The position numbers and the translations under genes were made by a program. The notes below the pieces were generated by a model. That model was not told the DNA's origin and ran no database searches. It saw nothing but the letters and a program-made list of their open reading frames with translations. DNA of 64,000 bases. Origin: Minisyncoccota bacterium. GTDB lineage: Bacteria > Patescibacteriota > Minisyncoccia > Phycocordibacterales > UBA1006. The stretch is from contig DASWYC010000002.1 of the NCBI GenBank assembly GCA_036405175.1, positions 123,429 through 187,428 of the forward strand. Direction: 5' to 3'. Below are positions 37,616 to 47,261 of this stretch, piece after piece (position 1 is the stretch's first letter; every line of letters begins with the position of its first letter).

Positions 37616-37855
37616 TTAGTTTAAATGGATAGTAACGTGTTCACGAGGGATACCCTGATGAATATAGCAAGCTGAAAGATAAAGGATTCTCTCTCGTGTG
37701 CGTGCGTTACCTTTAAAGAATAAGAACTCTCCGTCTACTCTGAGAAGCTCTAGTTTCTGAATGAGGTTATGTTCGCAAAGAGTTATGCTGCATACCATTC
37801 CAGGCAGCAGGTTACCCACAGGAAATTTATCGGATTCAACATTAAAGCTTTGCAT
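37616..37855 (-). CDS. hypothetical small protein (79 aa)
   Basis: ORF only. Confidence 0.2.
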   Translation of the reverse strand: MQSFNVESDKFPVGNLLPGMVCSITLCEHNLIQKLELLRVDGEFLFFKGNARTRERILYLSACYIHQGIPREHVTIHLN

Positions 37856-37988
37856 AGCGTATATGATTTTGTAAGTGTGTGAAATAAAGAACTTCTTATA
37901 AAGATGTATACTTCTTCATAAAAAGAGTCAAGAAAATAAAAAGTCTCACGAATATTCGTGAGACTCCTTATAATTTACATAAGGTAAC

Positions 37989-38627
37989 TCAGTCATCTTT
38001 TTTATTAAAGATTTGCATGAGTTCAGGGAGGCTTAATTCATCAGCTTTGGAAACAAACGGCGCACGCAAGCTTAGCTCAGTTGACTTAAAAACAAGGATA
38101 TTAATATCACTTGGTATTGTGATATTCTCGCCCTGTCCTAACTTAAGAACACTCCCTCCGGATATCTGTTTTTTCTCTAAAAAAATTCCTGGAGCAATAG
38201 TTTCCAAACTTTGTGTAGAAAGCAAGGTTGCTATAAATACTTTGTCAGCAGATAATATACTCGGGTATTTTTCTTTCAGAATATTGACTACTCGATTCAA
38301 TTCAGATATCTTCACGGTCATGAGTTTTTCTGTAAACAGAAAGTCGTTAAGGTTACTTGATGTAAGTGTTCCTTGCACTACTCTTAATAGGGTATATATA
38401 CCTGGTCTATTTCTGCCTCCTATTATCGTTAGTGATTCTAATACTATAGGAGTAGTTTTTTTAGAAGTTATGGAGTGCCAGTGCCATTCAATAACCTTTT
38501 TTTCAATGCGTGTAGTATCTTCAATTGTCCTACCTGTAAACGGGTAGTACGTAACTTCTTGCGCAGTAGCTTTAAGATTAAATAAGAAAAATGCAACAGC
38601 GAGGATAAAAAATAAGTTTTTCATCAA
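37989..38627 (-). CDS. secreted hypothetical protein
   Basis: Signal peptide MMKNLFFILAVAFFLFNLKATAQ. No motif recognised. Confidence 0.35.
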   Translation of the reverse strand: MMKNLFFILAVAFFLFNLKATAQEVTYYPFTGRTIEDTTRIEKKVIEWHWHSITSKKTTPIVLESLTIIGGRNRPGIYTLLRVVQGTLTSSNLNDFLFTEKLMTVKISELNRVVNILKEKYPSILSADKVFIATLLSTQSLETIAPGIFLEKKQISGGSVLKLGQGENITIPSDINILVFKSTELSLRAPFVSKADELSLPELMQIFNKKDD

Positions 38628-38708
38628 TTTTAGATGTTTAAGTGTTATGAAATTATTTAGGTACTATTCAAATAGTATTATAACATATTATATATGTTAA
38701 GTCAATAC

Positions 38709-39251
38709 TTACTCTTCAAACGGATTAGGGGAGATATCAGCCACCTTCATAAGCGTAATTTCGCTATTTAAAGCATGTTTTTCACGTAAAAACTCAATAA
38801 ACTCTTCAATGGGATGCTGGGTCACCCAAACACCACTGCGCATCTGGATACAGCCAATAGAAACAAGGGATTTACGCACTTCGTCACGAATTTTGCGGTC
38901 TTCTTCACCAAAATCAAGCATTACCACACGATAAAAACCGTCAAAACTAAAGTCTGGATGGAGAGCAATAGGGTTTTGGAGGGGTTGTTGTTTGACGTGC
39001 TCGCGACCAATTGAGGTGAGGGAAATAGAGCAGGTGTCGTCAGAATATTCAAAGTTCACAAAGCCGCGCTCCTCAAGGCGCTTGAGTGTGCGTGAGATCA
39101 AATATTCTGGCTTAAAACTGCGCTCATCAACTGCTTTGAGTGAAGACGAGTCTGATACACGAAAGATCGCCTCAGGGACAATATCTTCCTTTGAGAGCAA
39201 GCCACGCTCCGAGAGGATCTCGAGAATGATGTGTTGGAGACTCTTTTTCAT
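38709..39251 (-). CDS. winged-helix DNA-binding protein with C-terminal alpha/beta domain (PaaX-/Cas2-like pattern; function unknown)
   Basis: N-terminal wHTH (IILEILSERGLLSKEDI...TLKRLEERGFV). C-terminal FYRVVMLDFGEEDRKIRDEVRKSLVSIGCIQMRSGVWVT. Confidence 0.3.
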   Translation of the reverse strand: MKKSLQHIILEILSERGLLSKEDIVPEAIFRVSDSSSLKAVDERSFKPEYLISRTLKRLEERGFVNFEYSDDTCSISLTSIGREHVKQQPLQNPIALHPDFSFDGFYRVVMLDFGEEDRKIRDEVRKSLVSIGCIQMRSGVWVTQHPIEEFIEFLREKHALNSEITLMKVADISPNPFEE

Positions 39252-39340
39252 GTAAAACTTATACCATATTTGACAGTTTTGACAATAAGTGACACAATTT
39301 ATTTAATTATTATTTATTAACCTTTTAAACTAAAAAGATA

Positions 39341-39733
39341 ATGTGGAAAATAATCGCCTTTATTCTTTTTGTTTGCTTTGCTGTAATTGCAAAGAAGTCG
39401 GGTTTTGGTTTTGAAGTGCTCAATCCTTTTCAGGTAGAGTTTAGAGAGGCCTGGAATGATGTTTTTGGTACTTATTTAGACACAAATCCCGTAAGTTTTT
39501 ATTGGGGAGACATTGACCTGGATGATCCAGTCAATTTGTTTGTAATATTTATTGGTGCAATAATTGTAGGCTTGCTATTTTTGATTGGATTCCTTTTAGT
39601 CGTAAGGAAGCTTTCTTCTGATGATAATGTTGCTCATGATATGTATATCGCAAAAGAGTTTAAAACATCTCTTAACGAAGACAGTTCTGGGCTATTGGAC
39701 GTTCGATCGACGGAACTTAAAAGTCTTTTATAG
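39341..39733 (+). CDS. hypothetical membrane protein
   Basis: Two predicted TM helices. ORF only. Confidence 0.3.
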   Translation: MWKIIAFILFVCFAVIAKKSGFGFEVLNPFQVEFREAWNDVFGTYLDTNPVSFYWGDIDLDDPVNLFVIFIGAIIVGLLFLIGFLLVVRKLSSDDNVAHDMYIAKEFKTSLNEDSSGLLDVRSTELKSLL

Positions 39734-39767
39734 TTATTTTTTGTTCAACTTAAATTAAAAAGAAAAA

Positions 39768-39974
39768 ATGAATGCAACTTTCGCAGCAGTTTTAAATTCT
39801 GTTAATCTTATCGCCAATCTCGGTGACCCACGATTGCGTTACTATTTGTTAGTATGCGCCGTATTAATTATTTTTATGTTGATTCTTATATATTTGATGA
39901 CGCTTGGATGCTTTCTTAATCAGAGAGCACCTGCTTATCAAAAATATAGATCTACAACAATGTTGGTATCTTAA
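39768..39974 (+). CDS. hypothetical small membrane protein (68 aa)
   Basis: ORF with a single TM segment. Confidence 0.2.
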   Translation: MNATFAAVLNSVNLIANLGDPRLRYYLLVCAVLIIFMLILIYLMTLGCFLNQRAPAYQKYRSTTMLVS

Positions 39975-39980
39975 TTAAAA

Positions 39981-40018
39981 AATGCCTTGCAAACTTTTAT
40001 ATTTGTAAGGCATTTTTG
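39981..40018. terminator. bidirectional terminator (aatgccttgcaaa/tttgtaaggcatt, 13-bp stem flanked by A- and T-runs)
   Basis: Lies between the plus-strand small ORF and the minus-strand tRNA-Leu 3' end. Confidence 0.6.
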
Positions 40019-40020
40019 TG

Positions 40021-40103
40021 TGCCGGAAAGAGGACTCGAACCTCCACTTGGTTGCCCAAAATTGATTTTGAGTCAATCGCGTCTACCATTCCGCCATTCC
40101 GGC
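40021..40103 (-). tRNA. tRNA-Leu (anticodon CAA), class II with long variable arm; CCA not encoded
   Basis: Manual fold: acceptor GCCGGAA/TTCCGGC, anticodon stem ATTGA/TCAAT with loop CTCAAAA, variable hairpin TTGGGCAACCAA, T-loop TTCGAGT. Confidence 0.8.
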
Positions 40104-40204
40104 AATAGCAGAATTGTAGCATTTTGGGGATTAATTGAAAAGCAGGTTTGGATCTGATACGCTTAATAAAACTAACCTTTAAAACTTAATCGCTACCTAA
40201 TAAT

Positions 40205-40594
40205 ATGACAGCACTATCTCAAATTTCTAGGCTAATATTGCCTGAGGTTAAAGTACTCGTAAATGGTTGGTTGCGAAGAATTGACCATTCAAAAACAACC
40301 ACCAAGAAGAGAAGATTTACCAATAAGAGCTACAAAATTGAAGCTCTTATGCCATCAAATCAGATGAGTATCAAAAGCAAGAAAGAACTAAAATTCTTTG
40401 ATTGCTATGTTGGCTTTACGTTGTATCTCCAAGACGACTACAAAATGTTTGATCAGGTAGTCATAACACCAGTTCACAAAAGTCTGTACCGGGGATTCTT
40501 TATTTCTTTGCGCTCTATGAATGAAAATAATGTAATGACTGAAGTTTATTACGGACTATTCTTTGTAAAGCCTCAATTCTTATTAAACAATTAG
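40205..40594 (+). CDS. hypothetical protein (129 aa)
   Basis: ORF only. Adjacent to tRNA-Leu. Confidence 0.3.
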   Translation: MTALSQISRLILPEVKVLVNGWLRRIDHSKTTTKKRRFTNKSYKIEALMPSNQMSIKSKKELKFFDCYVGFTLYLQDDYKMFDQVVITPVHKSLYRGFFISLRSMNENNVMTEVYYGLFFVKPQFLLNN

Positions 40595-40606
40595 AGCCAA
40601 AAACCG

Positions 40607-41107
40607 ATGAAAGTAATCAAAAGACCTCTATGGCGGAGTGCTCTTAGAGTCTCTATCGGATATATTCTTTTTGGTGATAACCGTTTGGGGATTACAAAGG
40701 CGCTTATTGATTTCTCTGAAGAAATAACGCAAAAGGAATATATCATGAGACGGCTTGAAAAAGCTGAAAAGAATAAAGGGCACTTCGCAAGTATAAGAAA
40801 AGATATTATTATCGTCTTATACGGCGCTACGCAAATTCCCGTTTTTATAAAGTTAAAAAGCGTTGCGTATTGGGTGGACGGTAATACATCCTTAAATGAT
40901 GTTTCATTTAAGTTTAAGGGTGAATGGTGGTATGACCAGGGGGATGAAAAGCTCATCCGCAAATCTGCCGTTGAGGGTTGTGTTCGGCAACTTCACGCCG
41001 TTAAATTTACAGAAGAAATGTTGGATCAAAAAAGATTTGACTTTCCTCTGGATGTGGAGGCAATTCCATCAAAAGCGAATCGTATAGTAAGGTCAGAAGT
41101 GGCCTAA
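40607..41107 (+). CDS. hypothetical protein (166 aa)
   Basis: ORF only. Tightly coupled to the previous ORF. Confidence 0.3.
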   Translation: MKVIKRPLWRSALRVSIGYILFGDNRLGITKALIDFSEEITQKEYIMRRLEKAEKNKGHFASIRKDIIIVLYGATQIPVFIKLKSVAYWVDGNTSLNDVSFKFKGEWWYDQGDEKLIRKSAVEGCVRQLHAVKFTEEMLDQKRFDFPLDVEAIPSKANRIVRSEVA

Positions 41108-41140
41108 AGGCTAAATATTTACCTATAGATATTTAGCCTT

Positions 41141-42061
41141 TTATTTTGTAAATGATCTAAATAAATCTTCAAGCGCACGCACACCATCACCGGCAGCAAT
41201 GTTATTTTGATGATAGAGAACATTAGTGCAATCACCAGCTGCCCAAATGCGATCATGAGATGTTTTTCCGGTCCAAGGATCAATCACAATAGAATTGTAT
41301 TCAGAAATTGCTACAAGGTTTTGAATCAGATGAATATTCGGAATTTGTCCGATCTCAGAAAAAATAGCTGAACAGGGAATGGTTTGTGCTTCTTCGGTGA
41401 TAGAATTTTTTACCGTAATCGATTCAAGTGCATCTTCACCATTAATTGAGGTCGGTTGTGTATTGATAAGAAGAGTAAATTTAGGATCACTCATAACTTT
41501 TTGCACGGTTGTTTCATCAGCCTTTGGCGTACTGCGTGCAATCAAGGTAACTTTTGGACAGTATTGAAGAAGTTCAAATGCGGCTTCAAAACCAGCATTA
41601 CCACCGCCAACCACTACCACTTCTTTACCAGCAAAGAGCGGTCCATCGCATGATGCGCAATACATAATGCTGGTGTTATCAAACTTTTCAATCCCATCCA
41701 CCTCCATTTTTTTGTGTGATGAGCCTGCGGCATACAGAATATTTTTTGCAGTTACGGTTTCGTTGTTTGAAAGGGTGATAGTAAAAGATTCTCCGGTATC
41801 TTCAATAGATGTTGCGCGAAAGTATTCAGAAATCACCGCCTTCTCAAGTTGATTTGCTTTGGCATGTTGTTTGAGTTTTTCTGCAAGATCAAGACCGGAA
41901 ATATGAGGTTCTCCAATCCAGTTTTGAATATCAGTTGAAACCGATGACTGTCCGCCAAACGTTTCGGTAATTAAAATAGTTGAAAGTCCTTTGCGAGAGG
42001 CATACACAAATGCCGCAACGCCGGCTGGTCCGCCGCCAATTATTGCTACGTCGTAAATCAT
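41141..42061 (-). CDS. trxB: thioredoxin-disulfide reductase
   Basis: Two Rossmann motifs (YDVAIIGGGPAG, VVVVGGGNAGFE) and redox-active CASCDG. Confidence 0.85.
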   Translation of the reverse strand: MIYDVAIIGGGPAGVAAFVYASRKGLSTILITETFGGQSSVSTDIQNWIGEPHISGLDLAEKLKQHAKANQLEKAVISEYFRATSIEDTGESFTITLSNNETVTAKNILYAAGSSHKKMEVDGIEKFDNTSIMYCASCDGPLFAGKEVVVVGGGNAGFEAAFELLQYCPKVTLIARSTPKADETTVQKVMSDPKFTLLINTQPTSINGEDALESITVKNSITEEAQTIPCSAIFSEIGQIPNIHLIQNLVAISEYNSIVIDPWTGKTSHDRIWAAGDCTNVLYHQNNIAAGDGVRALEDLFRSFTK

Positions 42062-42099
42062 ACCAGTAGTATATCGTACCGATAGAAAGACCACAAAAA

Positions 42100-42209
42100 C
42101 CTCTGTAAAAAGCAGCGGGTCTATCGCCCTAGTCTCGACGATCCAATATATTCGCACCTCAAAGCCTGGCGCTCATTATTGGTCGTCTGCGAACTGCTTT
42201 TTACAGAGG
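42100..42209 (-). repeat. GC-rich hairpin-closed intergenic element, copy D (16-bp closing helix cctctgtaaaaagcag/ctgctttttacagagg with T-runs on both strands)
   Basis: RC interior ...gccaggctttgaggtgcgaatatattggatcgtcgagactagggcgatagacccg is homologous to copies A and C. Lies between the ftsZ 3' end and the trxB start. Confidence 0.6.
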
Positions 42210-42261
42210 TTTTTGTACCATCTTAATCTAGACGATAGCTACTCGTATGGGATTTTCTAGA

Positions 42262-42287
42262 GAAAATAAAAACACCTTTAGGTGTTT
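42262..42287 (-). terminator. intrinsic terminator just downstream of ftsZ stop (aacacc-ttta-ggtgtt then T-run on minus strand)
   Basis: Hairpin plus tttttattttctc on the minus strand. Confidence 0.6.
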
Positions 42288-43523
42288 TTATTCGTTATTA
42301 AATGGTTTTCTGCGGAGAAGTGGGGGAAGTTTGCCGCCAAATCGTGAAGCACTGTTTTGCGTATTGCCAAATGAGGGTTCTTCAACAACAATTTCTGTTA
42401 CATCATGTTTAGCTGAGCGCTGAGCAGGTTGTTCTTCATCAAATTTAGGTTGATCAACTTGGATAGTAGTCTGTTGTTGAGGTGTATGCTTGGGTTCTTC
42501 TTTTTTGAGTGGTGTATGCAAGTGCTCCTTTGCAGAATGTGCTGGTTTTTGCGCATCAAATCCTGCAGCTATAATCGTTACTTTAACTTCACCTTCCTTA
42601 AGCTCCTTGAGATTATCTGGTGAGTGCATGATTTGTCCATAAATTACACGAGCATTTGGATCAATTGATTCGGTAATGATCTGAGAGATCTTGTTGAGTT
42701 CAGTCATGCGGAAGTCCTGGCCAGAAGTAATACAGTAAAGAACATTTTTAGCTCCCGAGATAGACATATTAAGAAGCGGCGTGCTGATTGCTTTGCGAGC
42801 AGCTTCTTCTGCGCGGTGTTCTCCATGCGCAAATCCAATTCCAATGAATGCTGATCCGGCACCGGTAAGAATAGCCTGGAAATCACGGAAGTCAGTGTTG
42901 ATTTTTCCTGGGGTAATAATAATGTTTGAAATTCCTTCAACCGTTTGACGCAAAATTTCATCACAGAGTTCAAATGCGTCATTAAGAGTTTTTTCTTCAT
43001 CAATAACTTCAAGAATTTGATCGTTAGGAATCACAATAATCGCATCAACTTCTTTGCGGAGATCTTCAACTCCTTTATCCGCAATGCTATTACGCTGTTT
43101 TCCTTCAAAATTAAATGGCTTGGTAACTACAGCGACCGTTAAAACACCCTGATCGCGTGCTTCACGAGCAATAACCGGTGATGCACCCGTTCCGGTTCCT
43201 CCTCCCATACCGCAGGCAATAAATACCATATCGGCACCTTTAAGTACTTCCTGGATTTCTGAGCGAGTTTCTTCTGCGGCTTCACGTCCAATATCGGGAT
43301 TCATTCCTGATCCTTTTCCACTCGTAAGATTGCGTCCCAAGTGAATCTTGGTATTTGCAAGAGACTTATGAAGATCCTGCGAGTCGGTATTCATTCCAAT
43401 AAATTCAACACCTTCAACCCCCATTCTGATCATGTGGTTAATGGCGTTAAGTCCTGATCCTCCAATGCCGATTACTTTAATATTGGCGGTCGTTTGCGGT
43501 TCTCGTTCGATTGGTCGTGGCAT
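42288..43523 (-). CDS. ftsZ: cell division protein FtsZ
   Basis: [13 protein letters not shown] and [15 protein letters not shown] tubulin signatures. Disordered C-terminal linker. Confidence 0.9.
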   Translation of the reverse strand: MPRPIEREPQTTANIKVIGIGGSGLNAINHMIRMGVEGVEFIGMNTDSQDLHKSLANTKIHLGRNLTSGKGSGMNPDIGREAAEETRSEIQEVLKGADMVFIACGMGGGTGTGASPVIAREARDQGVLTVAVVTKPFNFEGKQRNSIADKGVEDLRKEVDAIIVIPNDQILEVIDEEKTLNDAFELCDEILRQTVEGISNIIITPGKINTDFRDFQAILTGAGSAFIGIGFAHGEHRAEEAARKAISTPLLNMSISGAKNVLYCITSGQDFRMTELNKISQIITESIDPNARVIYGQIMHSPDNLKELKEGEVKVTIIAAGFDAQKPAHSAKEHLHTPLKKEEPKHTPQQQTTIQVDQPKFDEEQPAQRSAKHDVTEIVVEEPSFGNTQNSASRFGGKLPPLLRRKPFNNE

Positions 43524-43611
43524 ATAATTCGTTAGTAAGTATAACATAAAGCAGGATGTCACTCCTTTACGACTTTAAAATATACGGTGTTGTAGATGAA
43601 TTAAAAATGAA

Positions 43612-44790
43612 TTATGGAGCAATTTTCCTGAAGATTTTCTTAAGAATAATACGGAAAGTATCCAAAATATCTTGTGCAGAGATTGAAAAGAGTGCATCTT
43701 TGTATTCTGATGCTAATAGGCAGGTTCCATATGCCGTTGCCCATGATGTTTCTCGTACACGAACGCGCGGATTGATTTGCAGATCAATGGTCGAAACAAA
43801 CGCTGGCAATTGCAAATGCATTTTTGCACTCTGATCAATTTTTTGAAGTTGAGATCCTCCTCCCATAATGATGATTCCGGCAGGGAATTGTGAATTTGGA
43901 TGATGATTTTCAAGATGGAATGAAATGGTTTCAAAAATAGATTTAAGACGCGTTTGAATAATACTTGAAACAAGATCTTTGGGGAGCGGATGAAGGAGCT
44001 TTTCAAATTCACCTTTTTTAGCTTTTTCTGCTTCTTCTAGAGAAATTTGAAGATTAATTGCAATATCGTTGGTGATATCACTTGAACCAGTTTCATACAC
44101 TTTTAGCGAAGAAAGTACCCCTTCTTCATATCCAGAGATGGTGAGCGTCTCCGCACCTAAATCAACAAAAATACAACCAGAAACTTTTTGCTTTTCCGTG
44201 AGCATTGCGCGAGCAGACGCTTGAGGAGCAGACAGCATGCCGTGAATTTCAATACCAAGTGATGAAAAAACATCAGTAATATCCATAAGGTGATGCTCCG
44301 GATACAAGATATAGAGCATTGAAGCAGAAATAACTTCACCTAACAGACCAAGAGGCTTTCCAAGAATTGGTTTTTGATCCAACAGATAACGACGAATAAT
44401 CGAATCAATAATATGATAATTAGGTTGATAGTGCTCAACATAATCCTTTCCTTTTCCGTAGAGAACCTTCAAATCATCATCGGTAATGGTTTTTCTGTGT
44501 GAAAGAGTGGTAGATGCCGTGAGTGAAAATGAGGTAAGGCCGATTCCTCCTAAAGATATGTAGCAAGATTTTATTGGAATTGATGATTCTTTTTGAGCTT
44601 TGTTGACGGCTTCCTGGATTGAACGAGAGATTTCTTTTTTATTGATGATATATCCATTACGCATGCCACGGGAGGGTGCCTCGCCGATAGAAATTATTTT
44701 AGGAGCAGTGCCGTCACTTTTAACTTCGCATACCATGACGCGAACGTGTGAGCTTCCCAGGTCAATAGATGTTATCAGAGCCGTTCTCAT
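43612..44790 (-). CDS. ftsA: cell division protein FtsA
   Basis: Actin-like ATPase: IDLGSSHVRVMV phosphate-1, GGIGLTSFS, IIIMGGGSQLQ phosphate-2/adenosine motifs. Directly upstream of ftsZ. Confidence 0.85.
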   Translation of the reverse strand: MRTALITSIDLGSSHVRVMVCEVKSDGTAPKIISIGEAPSRGMRNGYIINKKEISRSIQEAVNKAQKESSIPIKSCYISLGGIGLTSFSLTASTTLSHRKTITDDDLKVLYGKGKDYVEHYQPNYHIIDSIIRRYLLDQKPILGKPLGLLGEVISASMLYILYPEHHLMDITDVFSSLGIEIHGMLSAPQASARAMLTEKQKVSGCIFVDLGAETLTISGYEEGVLSSLKVYETGSSDITNDIAINLQISLEEAEKAKKGEFEKLLHPLPKDLVSSIIQTRLKSIFETISFHLENHHPNSQFPAGIIIMGGGSQLQKIDQSAKMHLQLPAFVSTIDLQINPRVRVRETSWATAYGTCLLASEYKDALFSISAQDILDTFRIILKKIFRKIAP

Positions 44791-44852
44791 GGAAATAAGT
44801 ATATCACGAGACGATTTGACATAGGTGAAAGTTGGGGTAGAAAAGTGACAGA

Positions 44853-44878
44853 TAAAAACACCCTCAGGGTGTTTTTAT
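44853..44878. terminator. bidirectional terminator (aaaaacaccc-tca-gggtgttttt)
   Basis: Near-palindromic hairpin with A/T runs on both sides, between ybeY 3' end and ftsA start. Nearly identical in sequence to the hairpin at 42262-42287. Confidence 0.6.
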
Positions 44879-45270
44879 CTGTCGATCATTGGCAGATATT
44901 TTTTATAATATTTCCGCTCTTCGGTTTCCATTTTGCTGCCATGGGTAAATCCTTTTAAATGCAAACATCCATGGATCAAAATAAATAACAAGTGTTCATG
45001 AAACGTGCGGTCATACGACGCAGCTTTTGCGCGGATTGAGGGAAGATGCAAAATAATTTCTCCTGAATCTTTTTCAAACGGAAAACTCAAAATATCAGCA
45101 GGGCCATCTTTGTGTTTAAATTGCTGATGAAGTTTTTCTGATTGTGGTGCTCGCACACACACAACAGACAGTGCATATTTTTTACCCAAAATATCATTTT
45201 TAACAGCAAATAACGGAAGCGTTGGGAACGTTCCGTTATGCATGAGCTCTACCGTAAGGGTATGATCCAT
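44875..45270 (-). CDS. ybeY: rRNA maturation endoribonuclease YbeY
   Basis: Zn-binding motif HGCLHLKGFTHG (HxxxHxxGxxH). Confidence 0.8.
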   Translation of the reverse strand: MDHTLTVELMHNGTFPTLPLFAVKNDILGKKYALSVVCVRAPQSEKLHQQFKHKDGPADILSFPFEKDSGEIILHLPSIRAKAASYDRTFHEHLLFILIHGCLHLKGFTHGSKMETEERKYYKKYLPMIDR

Positions 45271-45283
45271 ACCGCTGTGTCAA

Positions 45284-45517
45284 TTACTGACGAGGAGCAA
45301 TTTTGCCAAGTTTCTCGAGCTTGAGTTTTTCTGCAACACGCTTAATGCGTACAAGAGCACCTTCTTTTCGCTTGAGACTTGATTTTGAGCGCTTGTAGTA
45401 GCGTTCATCTTTGATTTCTGAAACATATCCCGCAGAGCGTACTTTGCGAGAAAAGCGTCGGAGAAGTCCGAGAGCGTTTTCTGTTCCATGTTTTGTTACG
45501 ATAACTTGAAATGGCAT
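45284..45517 (-). CDS. rpsU: 30S ribosomal protein S21
   Basis: 77-aa basic protein. N-terminus MPFQVIVTKHGTENALGLLRRFSRKV resembles S21. Confidence 0.6.
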   Translation of the reverse strand: MPFQVIVTKHGTENALGLLRRFSRKVRSAGYVSEIKDERYYKRSKSSLKRKEGALVRIKRVAEKLKLEKLGKIAPRQ

Positions 45518-45561
45518 ATGTGTTCCAATGGTACCATAGTATTTTATATTTGCAACGAAAA

Positions 45562-47193
45562 TTAAGGGTTTGCAAGATGAGGCTTGTGCTCATGTGGATG
45601 GGCTGATAATAGAGCTTCCTGGAGAATGTCGGTTGGAGTTGGGGCAAGTGCTGCATCGTCACTAATAAGCGTTAAATGGTCAGCTTTTATCATAATAAGC
45701 GCTAAAACAGTACTTCTGTTAAAGGTCGTTGCTTGACTGTAGGCAAGCTGATCATAATCCAAAATATAGAGACTATCAAAGTGGAGGGCGGTGCTCAGAA
45801 ATGCCTTTAGACTTCCAATCAAGATGCCGCCTTGGCTGTGGATATCGCTAACCATGGCGGTTATTTTTTTAGGAGAAAGTGATTCAGATGACACCTTAAA
45901 AGCATCCAGGCGGAAAAGAGGTATCTTTGTTGGAAAGTACTCACGTAAATATTCTTCAAGTTGCTCAGTACCAACACCAAGTTCTATCAAGCTGAGTGCA
46001 CCGCAATATTGGCATATATCCCACGGGTCAAAGTCTTTATTCTCATTGTGACATCGATAGGTGACTTTTTTATTCTGAACATGCTTGTGGAGTTTTGCAT
46101 CACATGACGGGCATCGTGCAACTTTTTTGCATGTGGTACAAAAGATTGCAGATGAATAGCCAGTCTGGAGTGAAAAAATTCCAATCGTCTTTTTTTGTTT
46201 AAGATCTTTGCTCAGCAAGCCAAGCATTTTTTTTGGGAGCATCGCTTCGAGTGCAGAGATATAGGTAGTGGATTGTTTATCTTTGCGTTCAATGATCGTA
46301 TAGGGAATTGTGGATATATATTTATTAAGATCTTTCGTGAGTCCATAACAATGGACTGATATATCGGCTGTTCCTAATAAGAACTGTGCGTGAGAAAAGT
46401 TGTGCTCGCTATCTTGATGATAAATATTTTCTGGCTCAATAAGAATCGTAGTAAGGCGTGTATCACTGTATATGAATGGGATAAATGATGACGTAGTAAG
46501 AATAACCGTTCGTTCACCATCTGCTTGAGTGTCACTCAAAAACTGTTCAGTAATACGTTGCTCGCCCGCAGTTGACCCGCCGTAGAATGTGGTAAGGAGT
46601 GTGTGATCAGATTCAAGTGCATCAGTAAGCTGTTCCTGAAGAGTTCGTAAATATAAAACCGACGGACAAATAATTATTAACGAGTATTCGCTTTCAAGAA
46701 TATCTTGGATTAAGGTATTGATAGGATGAAATTCATGGATAGCGGGTGTATTTGTCGAAGGTAGCCACTTAGGTAGCTGCGTCATAAATCGCTCAAAAAT
46801 CTTTGTTGAAATAAGGGTGTGAAGCGGTGTTTGTGCTTGTTCGGCAAACTTCACTATGGTCTGTAATAGGTAAGGAGTAATTATTCCGAGTGGTTCTTGC
46901 GGCTTAAGAGGTTTTAATTCAAATGACACATGCTTAATGGTAAGCTTTCGCTCAACAATTGACTGACAGGATACTACAAGTACGAACACATCATTTTGTT
47001 TGAGGGGTGCTACGAGTACAGAACCCTCTTCATATTTTTGGGTTGATCGAAACGAAAGGAGAGGATTAGGAAGGTTTCTATATAACACCAGTGCTTCAAT
47101 AATATACATATATCTAGTGTACCCGAGCATAGGGTAATCTTTTTTGACAATTTGCATCCACTGCTTTGTAATGTCAACAAAATTGGCTGTCAT
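45562..47193 (-). CDS. primosomal protein N' (PriA) homolog with degenerate helicase motifs
   Basis: PriA Cys-rich Zn region CTTCKKVARCPSCDAKLH...YRCHNENKDFDPWDICQYCG followed by GTEQLEEYLREYFP. No Walker A (GxGKT) or motif VI arginine finger is recognisable. Confidence 0.5.
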   Translation of the reverse strand: MTANFVDITKQWMQIVKKDYPMLGYTRYMYIIEALVLYRNLPNPLLSFRSTQKYEEGSVLVAPLKQNDVFVLVVSCQSIVERKLTIKHVSFELKPLKPQEPLGIITPYLLQTIVKFAEQAQTPLHTLISTKIFERFMTQLPKWLPSTNTPAIHEFHPINTLIQDILESEYSLIIICPSVLYLRTLQEQLTDALESDHTLLTTFYGGSTAGEQRITEQFLSDTQADGERTVILTTSSFIPFIYSDTRLTTILIEPENIYHQDSEHNFSHAQFLLGTADISVHCYGLTKDLNKYISTIPYTIIERKDKQSTTYISALEAMLPKKMLGLLSKDLKQKKTIGIFSLQTGYSSAIFCTTCKKVARCPSCDAKLHKHVQNKKVTYRCHNENKDFDPWDICQYCGALSLIELGVGTEQLEEYLREYFPTKIPLFRLDAFKVSSESLSPKKITAMVSDIHSQGGILIGSLKAFLSTALHFDSLYILDYDQLAYSQATTFNRSTVLALIMIKADHLTLISDDAALAPTPTDILQEALLSAHPHEHKPHLANP

Positions 47194-47261
47194 GCCTTCC
47201 CAAAATTCATCTGCTCGTGGTAGAATTTGCCCTCATGATACAACGGCGTATACTTAGCTCA

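Noticed and set aside
42262-44878. Near-identical terminator hairpins after ftsZ (42262-42287) and after ybeY (44853-44878) as a repeat family
   Set aside because: Only ~20 nt of AAAAACACC-loop-GGTGTTTTT similarity, which is typical convergent terminator composition. Not enough to call a mobile repeat.
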